A stretch of DNA of 64,000 bases from Eledone cirrhosa. Its lineage: Eukaryota. Positions 24,737 through 37,958 of this stretch are shown piece by piece. How positions within the stretch are numbered: position 1 is the stretch's first letter; each line of letters begins with the position of its first letter. The stretch is from positions 18,972,001 through 19,036,000 of the forward strand of contig OZ024755.1 of the NCBI GenBank assembly GCA_964016885.1, in the 5' to 3' direction. Position numbers and translations under genes: made by a program. The notes beneath the pieces were generated by a model, which saw nothing but the letters and a program-made list of their open reading frames with translations, was not told where the DNA came from and did no database searches.

Positions 24737-25303
24737 AGGAATCAAATGCTGCGTGCAGGAGAGGCGGTTACGCTGGTATGGACATGTGATGCGTATGAAG
24801 GATGACAGCTGCATAAAAAGGTGCAGAGCACTAGAAGTTGATGGAAACCGCGGAGTGGGGAGACCCAAGATGACTTGGGATGAGGTGATAAAAGCCGACC
24901 TTACCCAACTACACCTCTCAAAGTCAATGACACACGACCGTGACTTCTGGCGTCACGCAGTAATACAGGGTACCCGACCTCCCATGGGTACATGCTGAAG
25001 CATATAAACAATATGCCCCCCCCCCCCCCACCGCAAGGTGGTCGTGGAGGTGCCACGGCAAAAAAGCACCCAGCCCACACTGTAAAGTGGACGTGTAGGC
25101 GCCACGAAAAAGCACCCAGCACTCACTGTAAATGAGGTTGGTGTTAGGAAGGGCATCCAGCTGTAGAAATCAAGCCAGATCAGTTCCTGTATGAGCAAGG
25201 CATGGTCAGCCGACCAGACACTGCCCACAACAGGACAACCCGTCTAACCCATGCTAGCGTGGAAGAACGGACGTAAAACGGTGATGATGATGATGATGAT
25301 GAT
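24737..25303 (+). mobile_element. RTE-clade LINE 3' end with a long 3'UTR shared with SINE family A
   Basis: RRLRWYGHVMRM...GNRGVGRPKMTW...DRDFWR, then ~300 bp matching the SINE A 3' half and a (GAT)n tail. Second copy at 40631-41056. Confidence 0.88.
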
Positions 25304-25465
25304 ATATATACTTGTTTTATATATATTATATGTATGTATAATATTATATGTTGTATAATATGCTATATATATATAACATGCATCCTGTTGCCATGTGTAT
25401 CCAGTTTAGAATAGATACAATATATCCCTATGAGTCCTACGAGGTGACAAAAAGATTTGTGCTAT

Positions 25466-25647
25466 ATTGGCAGTATCGGTAGAGGGTCGGACGCCATGCT
25501 TTCCAGCATAGTTACGTCCCTTTACGATCTGAGTTCAAATCCCGCCGAGGTTGACTTTGCCTTTCATCCTTACGGGGTCGATAAAATAAAGTACCAGTAA
25601 TGCACTGGGTCATTGCTGGCCTTGTACCTAAAAGTAGAAATAATTAT
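25466..25647 (+). mobile_element. SINE family B
   Basis: Forward copy with A and B boxes. Confidence 0.9.
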
Positions 25648-26364
25648 ATACTAAAAGCAGCTATTTGTTGTGATGTGCAATATCAAAACGGTCCCATTAG
25701 CGACAAGTATTTTATCTTCTTTCTCACATTTCTTGTAATAGTTATTACCATCATTACCATTAGCATGAATGTATTTAATCCTTTCTTCAATGAGTTGGTT
25801 ATCTGAAACATGTATTGAGAGTTGAAAGTCATCCTTTTACTCTTCAACAATACTCATTATCTCTCATCTTGGAATTTGATACAAACAGAGGAACATAGTA
25901 CATAGAATGCTCCATTGGGTAAATACCAAATATAAATAAACTTTGTTTCTGGAAGATAGATAAGACAAGAATACCTTATATACAAATGAAGACATCTGGT
26001 CAATTTGGCCCTGTATTTTATTATTTTGTTTTTCGAAGAACAAATTCCTCATAAATAAAGAAAATGTAAGTTAATTTTTTTTTGTTACTATTACTGCTCA
26101 TTACTTGCAGACACACAGTTATATGTACACACTGATGAGTTCTTGACTGGATGTGGTGTGTAAGACTTACAGCCCCAGGAAATCAGAAAACATCAGATGC
26201 CGTCATCACTTGTTCATCAGATATAATAAACAACAGGCAAAATAGATCTTCAACACCTTTCTAATAAATTTCATTTCAGATAATATTCCAAATAGCTGTT
26301 CTATATGGTTGTGTGTGTGTGTGTGTGTCTATATGTGTGAATCTATATGTGTGAATCTATATAG

Positions 26365-26508
26365 ATGGTGAGAGCTGATCTCAAATTGCTGAGACTCACA
26401 GAGGGGATGACAAAGGAACACAGCAAGTGGAGAGATGCTGTGATAAAAATGACCTGTCCAACCCATGCAAGCATGAAAATAAGCAGACGTAAAAACAATG
26501 ATGATGAT
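26365..26508 (+). mobile_element. RTE LINE extreme 3' end (short-UTR type)
   Basis: VRADLKLLRLTEGMTK...WRDAV...CPTHASM plus (GAT)n; homologous to 63331-63580. Confidence 0.75.
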
Positions 26509-26902
26509 AATATATATACACACACACACACATGCGCATGTGTATGTGTAACTATATAAACAGCCTCCATAATAAATTGGCACCGTTAGTGGTTAACATC
26601 AAATAGTAGGGTTTTTTTTACTAATAATTAGAAGCATTCTGGAATAAGTTTTGATGATAGAATTGGTTTCAGTGATTTCAAATAAAAAATGATGACAAAT
26701 GTTCCTAAATCAAAGCCAGGTTTATTTTTAGCAACATAATATATCTTTAGTTTATTTTATTTCTTCACACTTCAGCTTTGAAGATTAAACCAAAGAAAAG
26801 TGTCTCCTTTTTCTGTCTTTTTATTATAATCTTACTTCACACAGTTTTTGTAAAAAGAAATACAAATAGAAAACAAAGAAAATATAAACTAAGAAAAGTA
26901 TA

Positions 26903-27066
26903 GATGCAGGCTTAGCTGTGGAGTTAAGGAGTTCACTTTGTAACCACATTGTTTAGAGCTCATTCCCACTGTGTAACATCTTGGGGAAACATCCATTACA
27001 TCCAGAAGATGACTAATGTTTTATGAGTGAAATTTAGTAGATAGAAACTGTGTAGAAGCCTGTCAT
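26903..27066 (+). mobile_element. Old octopus-type tRNA SINE (diverged)
   Basis: gcagg..agctgtgg.gttaag...aaccacat...cccactgtgt...gaaactgtgtagaagcc; relatives at about 29810-29970(-), 59600-59940 and 60825-61310. Confidence 0.6.
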
Positions 27067-27096
27067 GTGTGTGAGTGTACATTCACATACACATAT

Positions 27097-27418
27097 AGGC
27101 ACATGGCTTAGTGGCCTTGCAATCGAAAGGTTGTGAGTTCAATTCTCAGACCAGGTGGTGTGTTGTTTCCTTGAGCAAGACACTTTATTTCACATTGCTC
27201 CAGTTTACTCAGCTGTAGAAATTAGATGATAGGGACTGGGGTCTTTATCATTCCACTGCAAAGTGGTCGTGGAGGTGCCACGGCAAAAAAGCACCCAGCA
27301 CTCACTGTAAATGAGGTTGGTGTTAGGAAGGGCATCCAGCTGTAGAAATCAAGCCAGAATCACCCTTGCAAGCAGGGAAAAGCAGATGTAAAATGATGAT
27401 GATGATGATGATGATGAT
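27097..27418 (+). mobile_element. SINE family A
   Basis: Identity to family A with small deletions. Confidence 0.9.
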
Positions 27419-29569
27419 ATATATGTGTGAGTGTGTGCGTATATATATATATATATATATATACTTTGTGGTATTTGTTCTGGCTCTCCGAGTTCTAATC
27501 GTATCATGGTCAACTTTGCCTTTCATCCTTTTAAGGTTGATAAAAAAACACACCAGTCTAGTACTGGGGTCGGTTCTTCCTCTATATTTCTTTCTCACTT
27601 CCTTTCTCTCACTCTCTATCCTTCTCTGGAAGAAATCTGCTGTACTAAGGCCTGGAGAGGGATGGGCTCTGCTAGGTTTAAAATGCCCAAGAAACGTAAT
27701 TTGTCAATATGTTGCCCTTACAACTCCATTAGGAGTTACGGGACCATACCATACCAAATATATATATACTACAAATATATTTCTTCTGTAACCATTTCAG
27801 TTAACTCTTTATTTCATACTATATTTCTCATGAAAGATACTTTCAAATAATTGAAAATAATCAAGAATTCGGGAGAATTTAGAAATATGTCCAAACATTG
27901 GTTTAATTATTAAACCAATGTTTGGACCATAACTTAACAAAGGTCCATCGTTATTATCGATATCCTCATCAAAATCTCAAATGTTCTTACTGAGAATTAT
28001 GAAGGTTGGCTAAACATTTACAAATAAACAGAAAGCAGTTTCAAGCAGTTTGGTATCAAAAGAATTATTTCAAAGTTAAATATGTAGAATATAGTAGCCA
28101 TTATATGCAAAATAGTATGAAAACTAATTTTATTGTTTGTTGTTGATTTTTTGTTGTTTTTTTATTATCATTTTTTTAAAATTAATTTATATTTTTAGGG
28201 GAGGAGAATTCAGTAATTTAAGCTAATAATAATTTGAACTTTCTATTTTTGAATTTAATATTCTTCAGAAGTTCAAAAGAAAAGAATAAAAGAAAAAAAT
28301 ATCAAATTATTTCATTTCTATATTTTTTTGTCTTCATAGTCTGAAGTAGTCAATTAACACTAATTATAATTAGTAAATAATTATTTACAACTTCAGTGCG
28401 ACATTAGTAGGTCCTATCTTACAAAATTATTATTTTTTCTATTTTTTGGTGTTTGTGGGGTGGGAAGTATAGTTGAGTTTATTTTCATTGATTAAATGCA
28501 TTTAAAAAATTTTTTATATCATTATTATTTATTAATTTTTTTTTTCCGAAGCTTTAAACACTACTAATTTTATTCCTTTTCATTTAGTTGAGGCAATTTC
28601 AAACTTACATTCTAATTTTGACTAATATCTGATGCACTGCAGTGTGTGATTTTCATAAAATCAATATAATCAATTAATTTTTAGGATGTTGAAATCCTTT
28701 AACAAATTCAAACTTATTGGGGGAATCAACAACAAATTATCACACATTATATTGAACAGCTCATTCTAATGAAGCAAACAAGTGTTCAAATGTTCATTTA
28801 TTTTATTTATTTATATATTTCTTTTAAAAAAGTCATTGAGTTTTTAATCAATTTGATCATCTTTTTGTTTCGGGATTAAAAACAATAATGTAAAAATACG
28901 AAATTCTTAATTAGCAAAAACAAATATAAAATATTCCTTTTCTGAATAATAATGGTTTCTGATTTAGGCACAAGGACAGCAATTTTTTTTTTTGGGGGGG
29001 GGGGGTATGAAAGTCGATTAAATTGACCCAGTGCATAACTGGTATTTTATTTTATCGACCCCTTAATGATGAAAGGCAAAGTTAACCTCACTTCATCTGA
29101 ATAATAAATGTTTCTACTTTTGGCACAAGGCCAGCAATTACCTCAATGCATTACTGGTACTTTATTTTATCGACCCCATCAGTATTATTGTGTAGCGCCA
29201 AAGATCTCGGTCCAGTGACATTGTCTTGGAGAGGTGTAAGTGTGTGAGGTCGGAATTTATCATCTCTTTATATACCATACACATTAAGTGATTAAACCTT
29301 TCGTTGCACCTTTCATCTGCAGATGGTGAACACTTTCCTCTGCTAATGTGCAAGTAATTTTCGTCACTTTATATTTACTGATAAGATCTGCTTGTCAGTC
29401 AACTTTAATGGGTTGGTTGAAAGGAGGAGGTATTACATTCAGCTTGTATTTTTAAGATAGTCAGATTAGAAACTTGTATGTTCTCTCCCATACATCTAAT
29501 ATCTTTTACTTGTTTTCGCCTTTTCACTATGGCCATGCTGGAGTACCACTTTGAAGGATTTAATTGATA

Positions 29570-29758
29570 ATATTTGTTTCTACTTTAGGCACAAGGCCAG
29601 CAATTATCCAGTACATTACTGGTACTTTATTTTATCGACCCCGTAAGGATGAAAGGCAAAGTTAACCTTGGCGGGATTTGAACTCAGACCGTAAAGGGAC
29701 GTAACTATGCTAGAAAGCATGGCGTCCAACCCTCTACCGATACTGCCAATTCACCGCC
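29570..29758 (-). mobile_element. SINE family B (partial copies also at 28950-29180)
   Basis: Identity to family B. Confidence 0.9.
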
Positions 29759-31431
29759 TTATTTAGTTGATAATATTGACCCCAATAAAGACACAGATAG
29801 ATATGTGTGTATCATAGGCTTCAGCAGTTTCTGTTACCAAATTCCACTCACAAGACATTGGTCAAAATGAGGCTAAAATAGAAAACTCCCAAGTTTCCAT
29901 ACAGTGAGATTGAAACTTGTAACCATGTGATGGTGAAACAAATCTCTTAACCACGTGGCTATGTCTGTACCTATATTGAATACTTTCTTTTTGCATTTTT
30001 CACACAGTGCATGTCTGAAGACAGATTCAGTAGAGTGACTGGATAGGCTACATATTTGACAGTATTTATTTTTGTACATGTGTTCATATCTCAGTAGGGA
30101 CTATATATATACTTTTCTCCAATAAATTTCTGGCTTTTTGCCATAATAAAAAAAAATATATCTTCACAGAGAGAGAGAGAGAGAGAGAGAGAGGAGAAAG
30201 AGAAAGAGGGAGAGAAAGGGGTCAAGATGAAAAGAGAGAGGAAGAAGAGAGAATGAGAGAGGAGGAAGAGAAAATGAGAGAGAAGAGAGAGAGAGAGAGA
30301 GAGGGAGAGAGAAATAGGGGTGAATATGTCTAATCATAAATGATTTAATGCCAAGCCACATTTTGTTCTCTCCTTTAGTGAGATGGAGGTACAAATTCTC
30401 CAGAAAATTCCAGATTTTCTACAGTTAAACAAAATATAAGCTGTTGCTATTACACAGATAATATCTTTCACTAAAGGAAACCTCCTTCGTCACATGATTT
30501 ATTTTCCTTATTTAATAACATCATCATTACTATTATTTTAATGGGCACTATAGAACAACAAGTTATCAATAAAATACATCTGTGGCTTAGTTTTAATTCC
30601 CAGGTGGAACTATTTTTATTACACCTGTCATAATTATCCAAATGCTTTCTCTCAAGACTGAGTATGGCCTAACAATAAAAAGCCAGAGTATGGTCTTATA
30701 TATAAAAAGCCAGAGTAAAGCCTGATATATAAAAAGCCAGAATGGTCATAACTTGAAGGTCTTTGATCACAGGTCTAACCTATGATTAGAGCTAACCTAA
30801 GGTTAAACAAAAAGTCATAAATATATAAAAATATGCCTGAAAAAATGATGCTTGGTCATGACTAGAAAGATTGATTATAGACAGGTCTAACTGATGATAG
30901 ACAAGTCTGCATAGTCAAGGCTAACATTGGACCACTACACAATAAACCCCAGTAATATACTGGATTAATGCAATCCTTATGGCAAGGGAAAAGAAATCAA
31001 TTATTATGCTGTGAATCAACAAATTGATTCCCAGTTGTAATAATTTCTTGAAGAAGACAATATTTCTGCGAAAGTCAATGGTTCATCTTCAATTTTCTAA
31101 CCTTTACAATGCTGAAGATTGATGCATAATTGAGAAATATTATATATTTTTATTACTAAAATATTATATATTATATATTTTTATTACTAAAATATTATAT
31201 ATTATATATTTTTATTACTAAAATATTATATATTATATATTATATATTTTTATTACTAAAATAAAGTACCAGTAATACACTGGGTAATTGCTGGCCTTGT
31301 GCCAAAAGTAGAAACAATTATATATTTTTATTACTATTATTATTATTATGAGGAAGATAGAGATAGGGGGATAATATATGTCCAATCATAAATGATTTAA
31401 TGCCACATTTTGTTCTCTCCTTTAGTAAGAA

Positions 31432-31630
31432 GGTGGCGGATTAGCAGTATTGGTAGAGCGTCAGTAACCATGCTTTGCAGCATAGAGTTATGGCCCTTTA
31501 CATTCTGAGTTCAAATCCAGCCGAGGTTAACTTTTGCCTTTCATTCTTACGGGGGTCGATAAAATAAAGCACCAGTAATGCACTGGGGGTAATTGCTGGC
31601 CTTGTGCCAAAAGCAGAAACAGTTATTATT
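31432..31630 (+). mobile_element. SINE family B
   Basis: Forward full copy. Confidence 0.88.
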
Positions 31631-31897
31631 ATGATGATCAATATAATCCAATTTAGAAAAGGAGGGGAAAAAAGCAAAAGGTTAAATTTTTGAAATTTAG
31701 GCAAATTTCCAGGACCCCCTCCCCTCAATATTACTTAAAATTCTCTCAGCAAAATATAAATATAATATGATGGGTGAATGACAACAAATTATGATTTACA
31801 TCTCAAATATAATATGATGGATTCTCAAATATGAACAATATTCTATGTTAGAATCAATTGGATATATTTCTATTATATTTCTTTCTATGGTATGACT

Positions 31898-32548
31898 CTG
31901 GCACACATACACACAAGCACGCATACACACAAGCACACACACTCAGGCACATACACACACAAGCACACACACTCAGGCACATACACACACAAGCACACAC
32001 ACTCAGGCACACATACACACACAAGCACACACACTCAGGCACACATACACACACAAGCACACACACTCAGGCACATACACACACACACAGGCACACACAC
32101 ACACACACAGGCACACACACACACTCAGGCACATACACACACAAGCACACACACTCAGGCACATACACACACAAGCACACACACTCAGGCACACATACAC
32201 ACACAAGCACACACACTCAGGCACATACACACACACACAGGCACACACACACAATCAGGCACATACACACACAAGCACACACACTCAGGCAGACATACAC
32301 ACAAGCACACATACTCAGGCACATACACACACACACAGGCACACACACACACTCAGGCACATACACACACACACACAGGCACACACAAGCACACACACAC
32401 AGGCACACACAAGCACACACACACAGGCACACACAAGCACACACACTCAGGCACATACACACACAAGCACACACACTCAGGCACATACACACACACACAT
32501 GCACACAGGCACACATACACACACAGGCACACATACACACACACACAA
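31898..32548. repeat. CA-rich ~30-bp minisatellite
   Basis: ctcaggcacatacacacacaagcacacaca repeats. Confidence 0.92.
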
Positions 32549-32604
32549 TCATTCAACCCTTGCTTGCAGGGAAAATGGGCATTATTAAATGGTGCTGCTG
32601 CCGA

Positions 32605-32641
<37 letters not shown>

Positions 32642-32773
32642 CATATATATATACACACGTGTGTGTATATATATGTATATACATGAGTGTGCATGAGTAC
32701 ATGCATCTGTGTATGTTTCAATGTGTGTCTATATATATATGTATATGTGTCTATATATATATATATTGTATCA

Positions 32774-33375
32774 GGTCACCAGTTGGTGCTACTGGTAACA
32801 TGTATCCCAGTACAACCTGTCTCATGGTCGGGTCGTTGGCGACTAAACTGGCAACCCCACTAAGGTTTCTTGGTGAGGAGGGTGGCTTTGGACATCCTGC
32901 AGGACTAAAAACAAAACCTGTCAAAAGGCAAAGGGGCTCTTAAGAGTCAATGGCCATCCAAAATCACCGGGAGAGATGACCCCTTAGCCTTTGTCAAGGC
33001 AGAATTCTAGGAGAAGGAAAACTCTGATATAACACCTGCAACCCTGATGGTATCCAATGATGTTGACTTGTTCTTCTTTTTGGTAAATATCATCTTGGTT
33101 AAGAGAGTGGGACTGGCTTTGTGCAGTGCCTTTGCTCACTATAAAAGCTTCACGGCACAGGCATTGCTTTATATCTGGAGATCTCTCTGCACTTGTCGTC
33201 ACATGGTACCATGGGCCCAGCACTATGTGTCAATAATTGTCACAAGTGTAGTGTTTGTACCAGAGTTTTCAAGTCGCTGGCTGGACTAAAAAGTCACACT
33301 CGTTCAGCGCATCGGTAGGGGTTCTCCTACATGGATATAAAGTAGTGGCCGTACTCGAAAACGAGTTGGCAGCCA

Positions 33376-33379
<4 letters not shown>
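32774..33379 (+). mobile_element. Internally deleted (non-autonomous) RTE-like element
   Basis: 5' part resembles RTE 5'UTRs (ggagaaggaaaactctg). 33241-33318 encodes HKCSVCTRVFKSLAGLKSHTRSAHR* (C-terminal C2H2 finger), followed by a short 3'UTR hairpin ctcg-aaaa-cgag; flanked by (TA)n. Confidence 0.65.
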
Positions 33380-33417
<38 letters not shown>

Positions 33418-33419
<2 letters not shown>

Positions 33420-33614
33420 CGAAGGAAATGTGGTAAGGAACCAGATGGACCATAACGCACCAAAGTACTCAATACTTAGAGTAGGAGAGTGGGTAATAAA
33501 AACGAGTAGGACCCCGGCGGCTGAGCTCAAGCCGTTTCGATGGCTAATTCTGGACTAAATGAAAATTTTTATCCTGGTAAATGAATAGCCGAGCTTCTCA
33601 GAGGGTAATATTCC
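33418..33614 (-). mobile_element. Family P1 copy containing a complete type I hammerhead fold (33511-33606)
   Basis: Minus strand: ACCCT-CTGAGAA-G..GGCTA-(long loop)-TAGCC..C-GAA-ACGGCT-tgagctc-AGCCGc-C|GGGGT. Confidence 0.7.
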
Positions 33615-35343
33615 ATATATGGTAAAAGTGATTGTCACAAGGATTGGTCAAAAGTTTGTTGTTGAGACACATAATTCTATCATGGCATTTTGTGGAAGGA
33701 AGGGGTAGCTGATTGTGGTAGGGGAATAGTAACCAGAAATTGTGTTTTTTTTATATTTTTAACATTCTTATTTTTCTATATAGATCTACTTATTGTTTCG
33801 ACTCCCCCCTCCCCCTCTTGACCTCTTAATCCTTAGGATTCTGCTGTAGTTGTCACTTTCAACGCATGACTGGGTTTCCCCCACTCCCTCTCTATCTTTC
33901 TTCTACTGGCAAGTTCAATAGAGAGAGAGAGAGTGAGAGAGAGATTGATAGATATAGACAGTGGTATGAGGACTGTGTTGGTGGATATAGCAACCTACCA
34001 AATTAAAATTCAATATTTAGCTAGATATTGGTTGTGCTTGTTGTTGCTGTAATGTAGCCCCAGTCATCCCTGATTGAGTAGACCTATGGCATGTATGTAA
34101 TCAGTCAAATGGTTGGCTATAATCCACAGAACCAGACATACTGCGGCTCCAGTTAGTTGAGTTAAGGGATGCAATGCAGCAGTATGACATTGTGGGTAAT
34201 TTGTAAGTGGGCTATGAATGATATGGGATGTTGTGGGTTTTATACAGATTGTGATGATGCCAAATGTGTTCCATTGGGACCTTTGTAGTTAGCTGGGGTT
34301 TCTTGTGGAGGAGTTGGGAAAGCAGGCAAGATTGGTATATCATCATCATTATAATCACTGTTTAATGTCCATTTTTCCATGCTAGCATGGATTAGTTGAA
34401 TTGTCCCACTGTGAGACAAGTGAGATCAGGTGACTGTGTCTTGTTCATATAGAACTGTTTCTGACTTGGGTTCTATGGCTGGATGCCATTCCTAACACCA
34501 ACCACAATTAGAGTGTGGATTGGGTGCTTTTTATCATGACACCAAGATGACCACTTTACAGCATGAACTGGGTGCTTTTTATTGTGGCACCAAGATGACC
34601 ACTAAAGAGTTAAGCTGGTGTTTGTAACATAACATAAAGGTTTTTAGATAAATATATAAGCTTTAAAATATGCATTAAAAAGCATGAAATAAATTGGAGA
34701 AAGAGAAATCTGTTACAAAAAAAAAATCCCTAAAATATGTTGGATTCATATGATGTGCTCATTAAAAATAGTGAAGTGAGCAATGACACAATCTCAGTTA
34801 AAATGCTGATTGGGTGTAACATTCTGAATGTAAGTTGCAGAGTGGAATGTGGAGGTTCTAAAACTTTTTAAGATGTCTTGTATAGGATGAGAAGTACTTT
34901 TTACGATTCTTTGGATGGGTTTATTTTAGGTTTTAGATTAGTTGGTATTTTGCCTAGTTTTGTAATTTTGGTAATTTGGTAGTGTTGGTATATATCTTAC
35001 AGTAAGAAGAGAGTGTGAAGATGTTGGTGAGTGCAATAATTCCCTCAGGGTTTTAAGAGATTTTATGAGGCCTAGAGATGTTTTTTAAAATTATTTTTAT
35101 TACTTTTCAGGTATCAGTTAGAAGGAAGTGGTTGAAGTTATGGTCTAGGTGAAAGGTATTTCTAACATTTTGTGTTTCTGCATATTTTGTGGGGGCCTTT
35201 TTTTATGTGTGCATGTAGAAAATTGTTTAAGTGAGTTTGGTTTCTTGTTTGGTGTTTGAAGTTGTTATTAAAACTTGCAATATGGTGTAACCAAAGCAAA
35301 TTACTTTCTTTAGAGTATTACTTATTCTTGTGTAGTTCCTGGT

Positions 35344-35498
35344 AATAATTGTTTCTACTTTTAGCACAAAGCCAGCAATTACCCCAGTGCATTACTGGTA
35401 CTTTATTTTATCGACTCCGTCAGGATGAAAGGCAAAGCCAACCTCGGCCGTAACTCTATGCTGCAAAGCATGGAGTCTGGTGCTCTACCGATACTGCT
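35344..35498 (-). mobile_element. SINE family B, internally deleted
   Basis: Identity to family B; B-box region missing. Confidence 0.8.
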
Positions 35499-36369
35499 GG
35501 TAATAATATTTGTTCATTCTCTGCTTTACTTTGGTTTATTTTCTTTAGTTTACTTCCTTGATGTTGATGTTGTGTTTGGGCTGTATTTGTTTTCTTATTG
35601 TAAAATATGGGGTTTTTTAAGCTTAATTATTTAGTTTAGTGTATGTACGTATATGTAACATCATGTGCAAACATCAACTTAGCTGGTTGAGACAAGTCAC
35701 ATGACTCCCAAATTAAAAAAGACATGTTAATCCAGGTCCTATATTGGTATGTACCCCTATGGAAAGAGGCGAAGATATCCCAAGATGAACTGATGGCAGA
35801 CAATTGAGAGGGACCCGAAACCCATCAACAAAAATTGGAACAATATATAGATAGATGCAAGTGACTGGTCATTGGAGCACTTTTGGCTGCCTCTAGTGAC
35901 TCTAAAGTTCAGGGGCTTCTAAATCTGTGAGTGTGTGAATGTGAGTGTGTGAGTGTGAGTGTGTGTATGAGTGAGTGTGAATGAATGTGAGAGAAGAAAA
36001 TAAACTACAAGGGATATAGAGAGGGTGAGAATGTAAGGAAAAGAGAAATAAATAAAGTGGAATGCTTAAAAAAAAGAGAGAGTTATAGAGACAGACAGAC
36101 ATGTAAATGATACAGAACCAATGTGGTGGGCGTGGAACAAGTGGAGACAGACATACAGGTAGATGGAGGGTATATGTCTGTGTGATAGAAAAGATAAGGA
36201 AGGGGGGGGAGGGAGTATGAATAAGAAAGAAAGGAAATGTATGCCAATGGTGTGTGTGAGGGGAGGAGGTGGGTTACAAAAATGAAGACAGTTAAGCATT
36301 GACAGATAAACAGGCAAATAATTTGAGGAAGGTGGGTCTTTGCTTCCATGGAAGACACAAAATAGAGAC

Positions 36370-36371
<2 letters not shown>

Positions 36372-36405
<34 letters not shown>

Positions 36406-36460
36406 AATATATTGGCAGAGAGAGAGAGAGAGAAAGAGAGTGAGAGATACAGGAATATAT

Positions 36461-36502
<42 letters not shown>

Positions 36503-36859
36503 GGAGAGATAGAGATACAGGATTATATTGAGAGAGAGAGAGAGAGAGAGACGGAGAGATAGAGACACAGGATTATATTGAGAGAGAGAGAGACAGGAAT
36601 ATGTTGGCAGAGAAAGAGAGAGAGACATATTGGCAGAGAGAGAGAGAGAGAAATACCCATACATATTAGCAGAGAGAGAGAGAGAGATGGAGGGAGGGAG
36701 AGAGAGAGAGGTAGGGAGAGAGAGAGAGATGGAGGGAGGGAGAGAGAGGGGGGAGGGAGAGAGAGGGGGAGGGAGAGAGAGAGAGAGATGGAGGGAGGGA
36801 GAGAGAGGGAGGGAGGGAGAGAGAGAGAGCGAGGGAGAGGGGGGATACAGGAATATGTT

Positions 36860-36894
<35 letters not shown>
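36372..36894. repeat. GA-rich compound microsatellite
   Basis: (GA)n punctuated by acaggaatat(a/g)ttg(gc). Confidence 0.9.
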
Positions 36895-36895
<1 letters not shown>

Positions 36896-37295
36896 ACGGG
36901 TGGGGATAAAGTGAAAAAGAAAATGTATTTGAGAAGTGGGGACAGAGAAAATATTAAGATAATGTGTGTAAAAGAGATGGAGTGTCAGAGAGAGAGGGAG
37001 TGTGTGTGTGTCAGGGAGAGAGAGAGACAGAGAGAGGCGGAGAGGTGAACATTATGTTGTATGTTCTGTGAACTGAGAGAATGTGGGAGGGGGGGGGACA
37101 AGGTGGATTGTGGATGTATAAGTATGTTTTATAATGAGACAGATTGGCAGAGAGAAATGTAGATTGACATATTTCATGAATCTATGTGGTATCCACACAG
37201 ATACACACAGATACACACATACACAAACAAACACTCTCTCTCACACGCACACACACACAGATACACACATACACAAACAAACACTCTCTCACATG

Positions 37296-37326
<31 letters not shown>

Positions 37327-37723
37327 GAGTACACATATACATGCATAATTTTATGCACACTTTCTATGCTGGCATGCATTGGACATGTTCCCACGGTCTG
37401 AGACTGAACGGGTTGAAGAGACATTTTGTTCATACATTCCATATTTGAGATGGTTTCTATGACTGGATGCTCTTCCTAATACAAACAACCTTACAGAGTG
37501 TACAGGGTGCATTTTATTATATCACCAGCATGAGTGTTTGTCATATCCTCAGCCAGACTGGAGAGTCTTTTCTAGCATACATTGTCTCTAGTCAACCATT
37601 TATATACACTTATATATTTTCTTTGTTTTCACAGTAAGGCTTTTTAATAAAAACTGTAGTTATATCTACATTAAATATATATAATAAAATAAATAGAGAT
37701 GATATAAAGTATTTATCTTTCGT

Positions 37724-37958
37724 TTGGCAGTATCGATAGAGGATCGGATGCCATGCTTTGCAGCAAAGAGTTACGGCCCTTTATGATGTGAGTTCAAATC
37801 CCGCCGAGGTTAACTTTGCCTTTCATCCTTACTGGGTCGATAAAATAAAGTACCAAAGTGTCTTGCTCAAGGAAACAACACATCACCCGGTCTGAGAATT
37901 GAACTCACAACCTTTCGATTGCAAGGACAATGCTCTAACCACTAAGCCATGTGCCTCC
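37724..37958. mobile_element. SINE B head (+, 37724-37854) fused tail-to-tail with SINE A head (-, 37855-37958)
   Basis: Junction ...aataaagtacc|aaagtgtcttgctc; both tails are missing. Confidence 0.8.

Noticed and set aside
25650-26060. Unique region with short ORFs on both strands
   Set aside because: No recognisable domain and frequent stops.
26130-26160. CTGATGAG as a hammerhead core
   Set aside because: No matching stem II-GAAA-stem III found nearby.
31854-32721. His/Thr-rich and Cys/Val-rich ORFs
   Set aside because: Translations of a CA-rich minisatellite.
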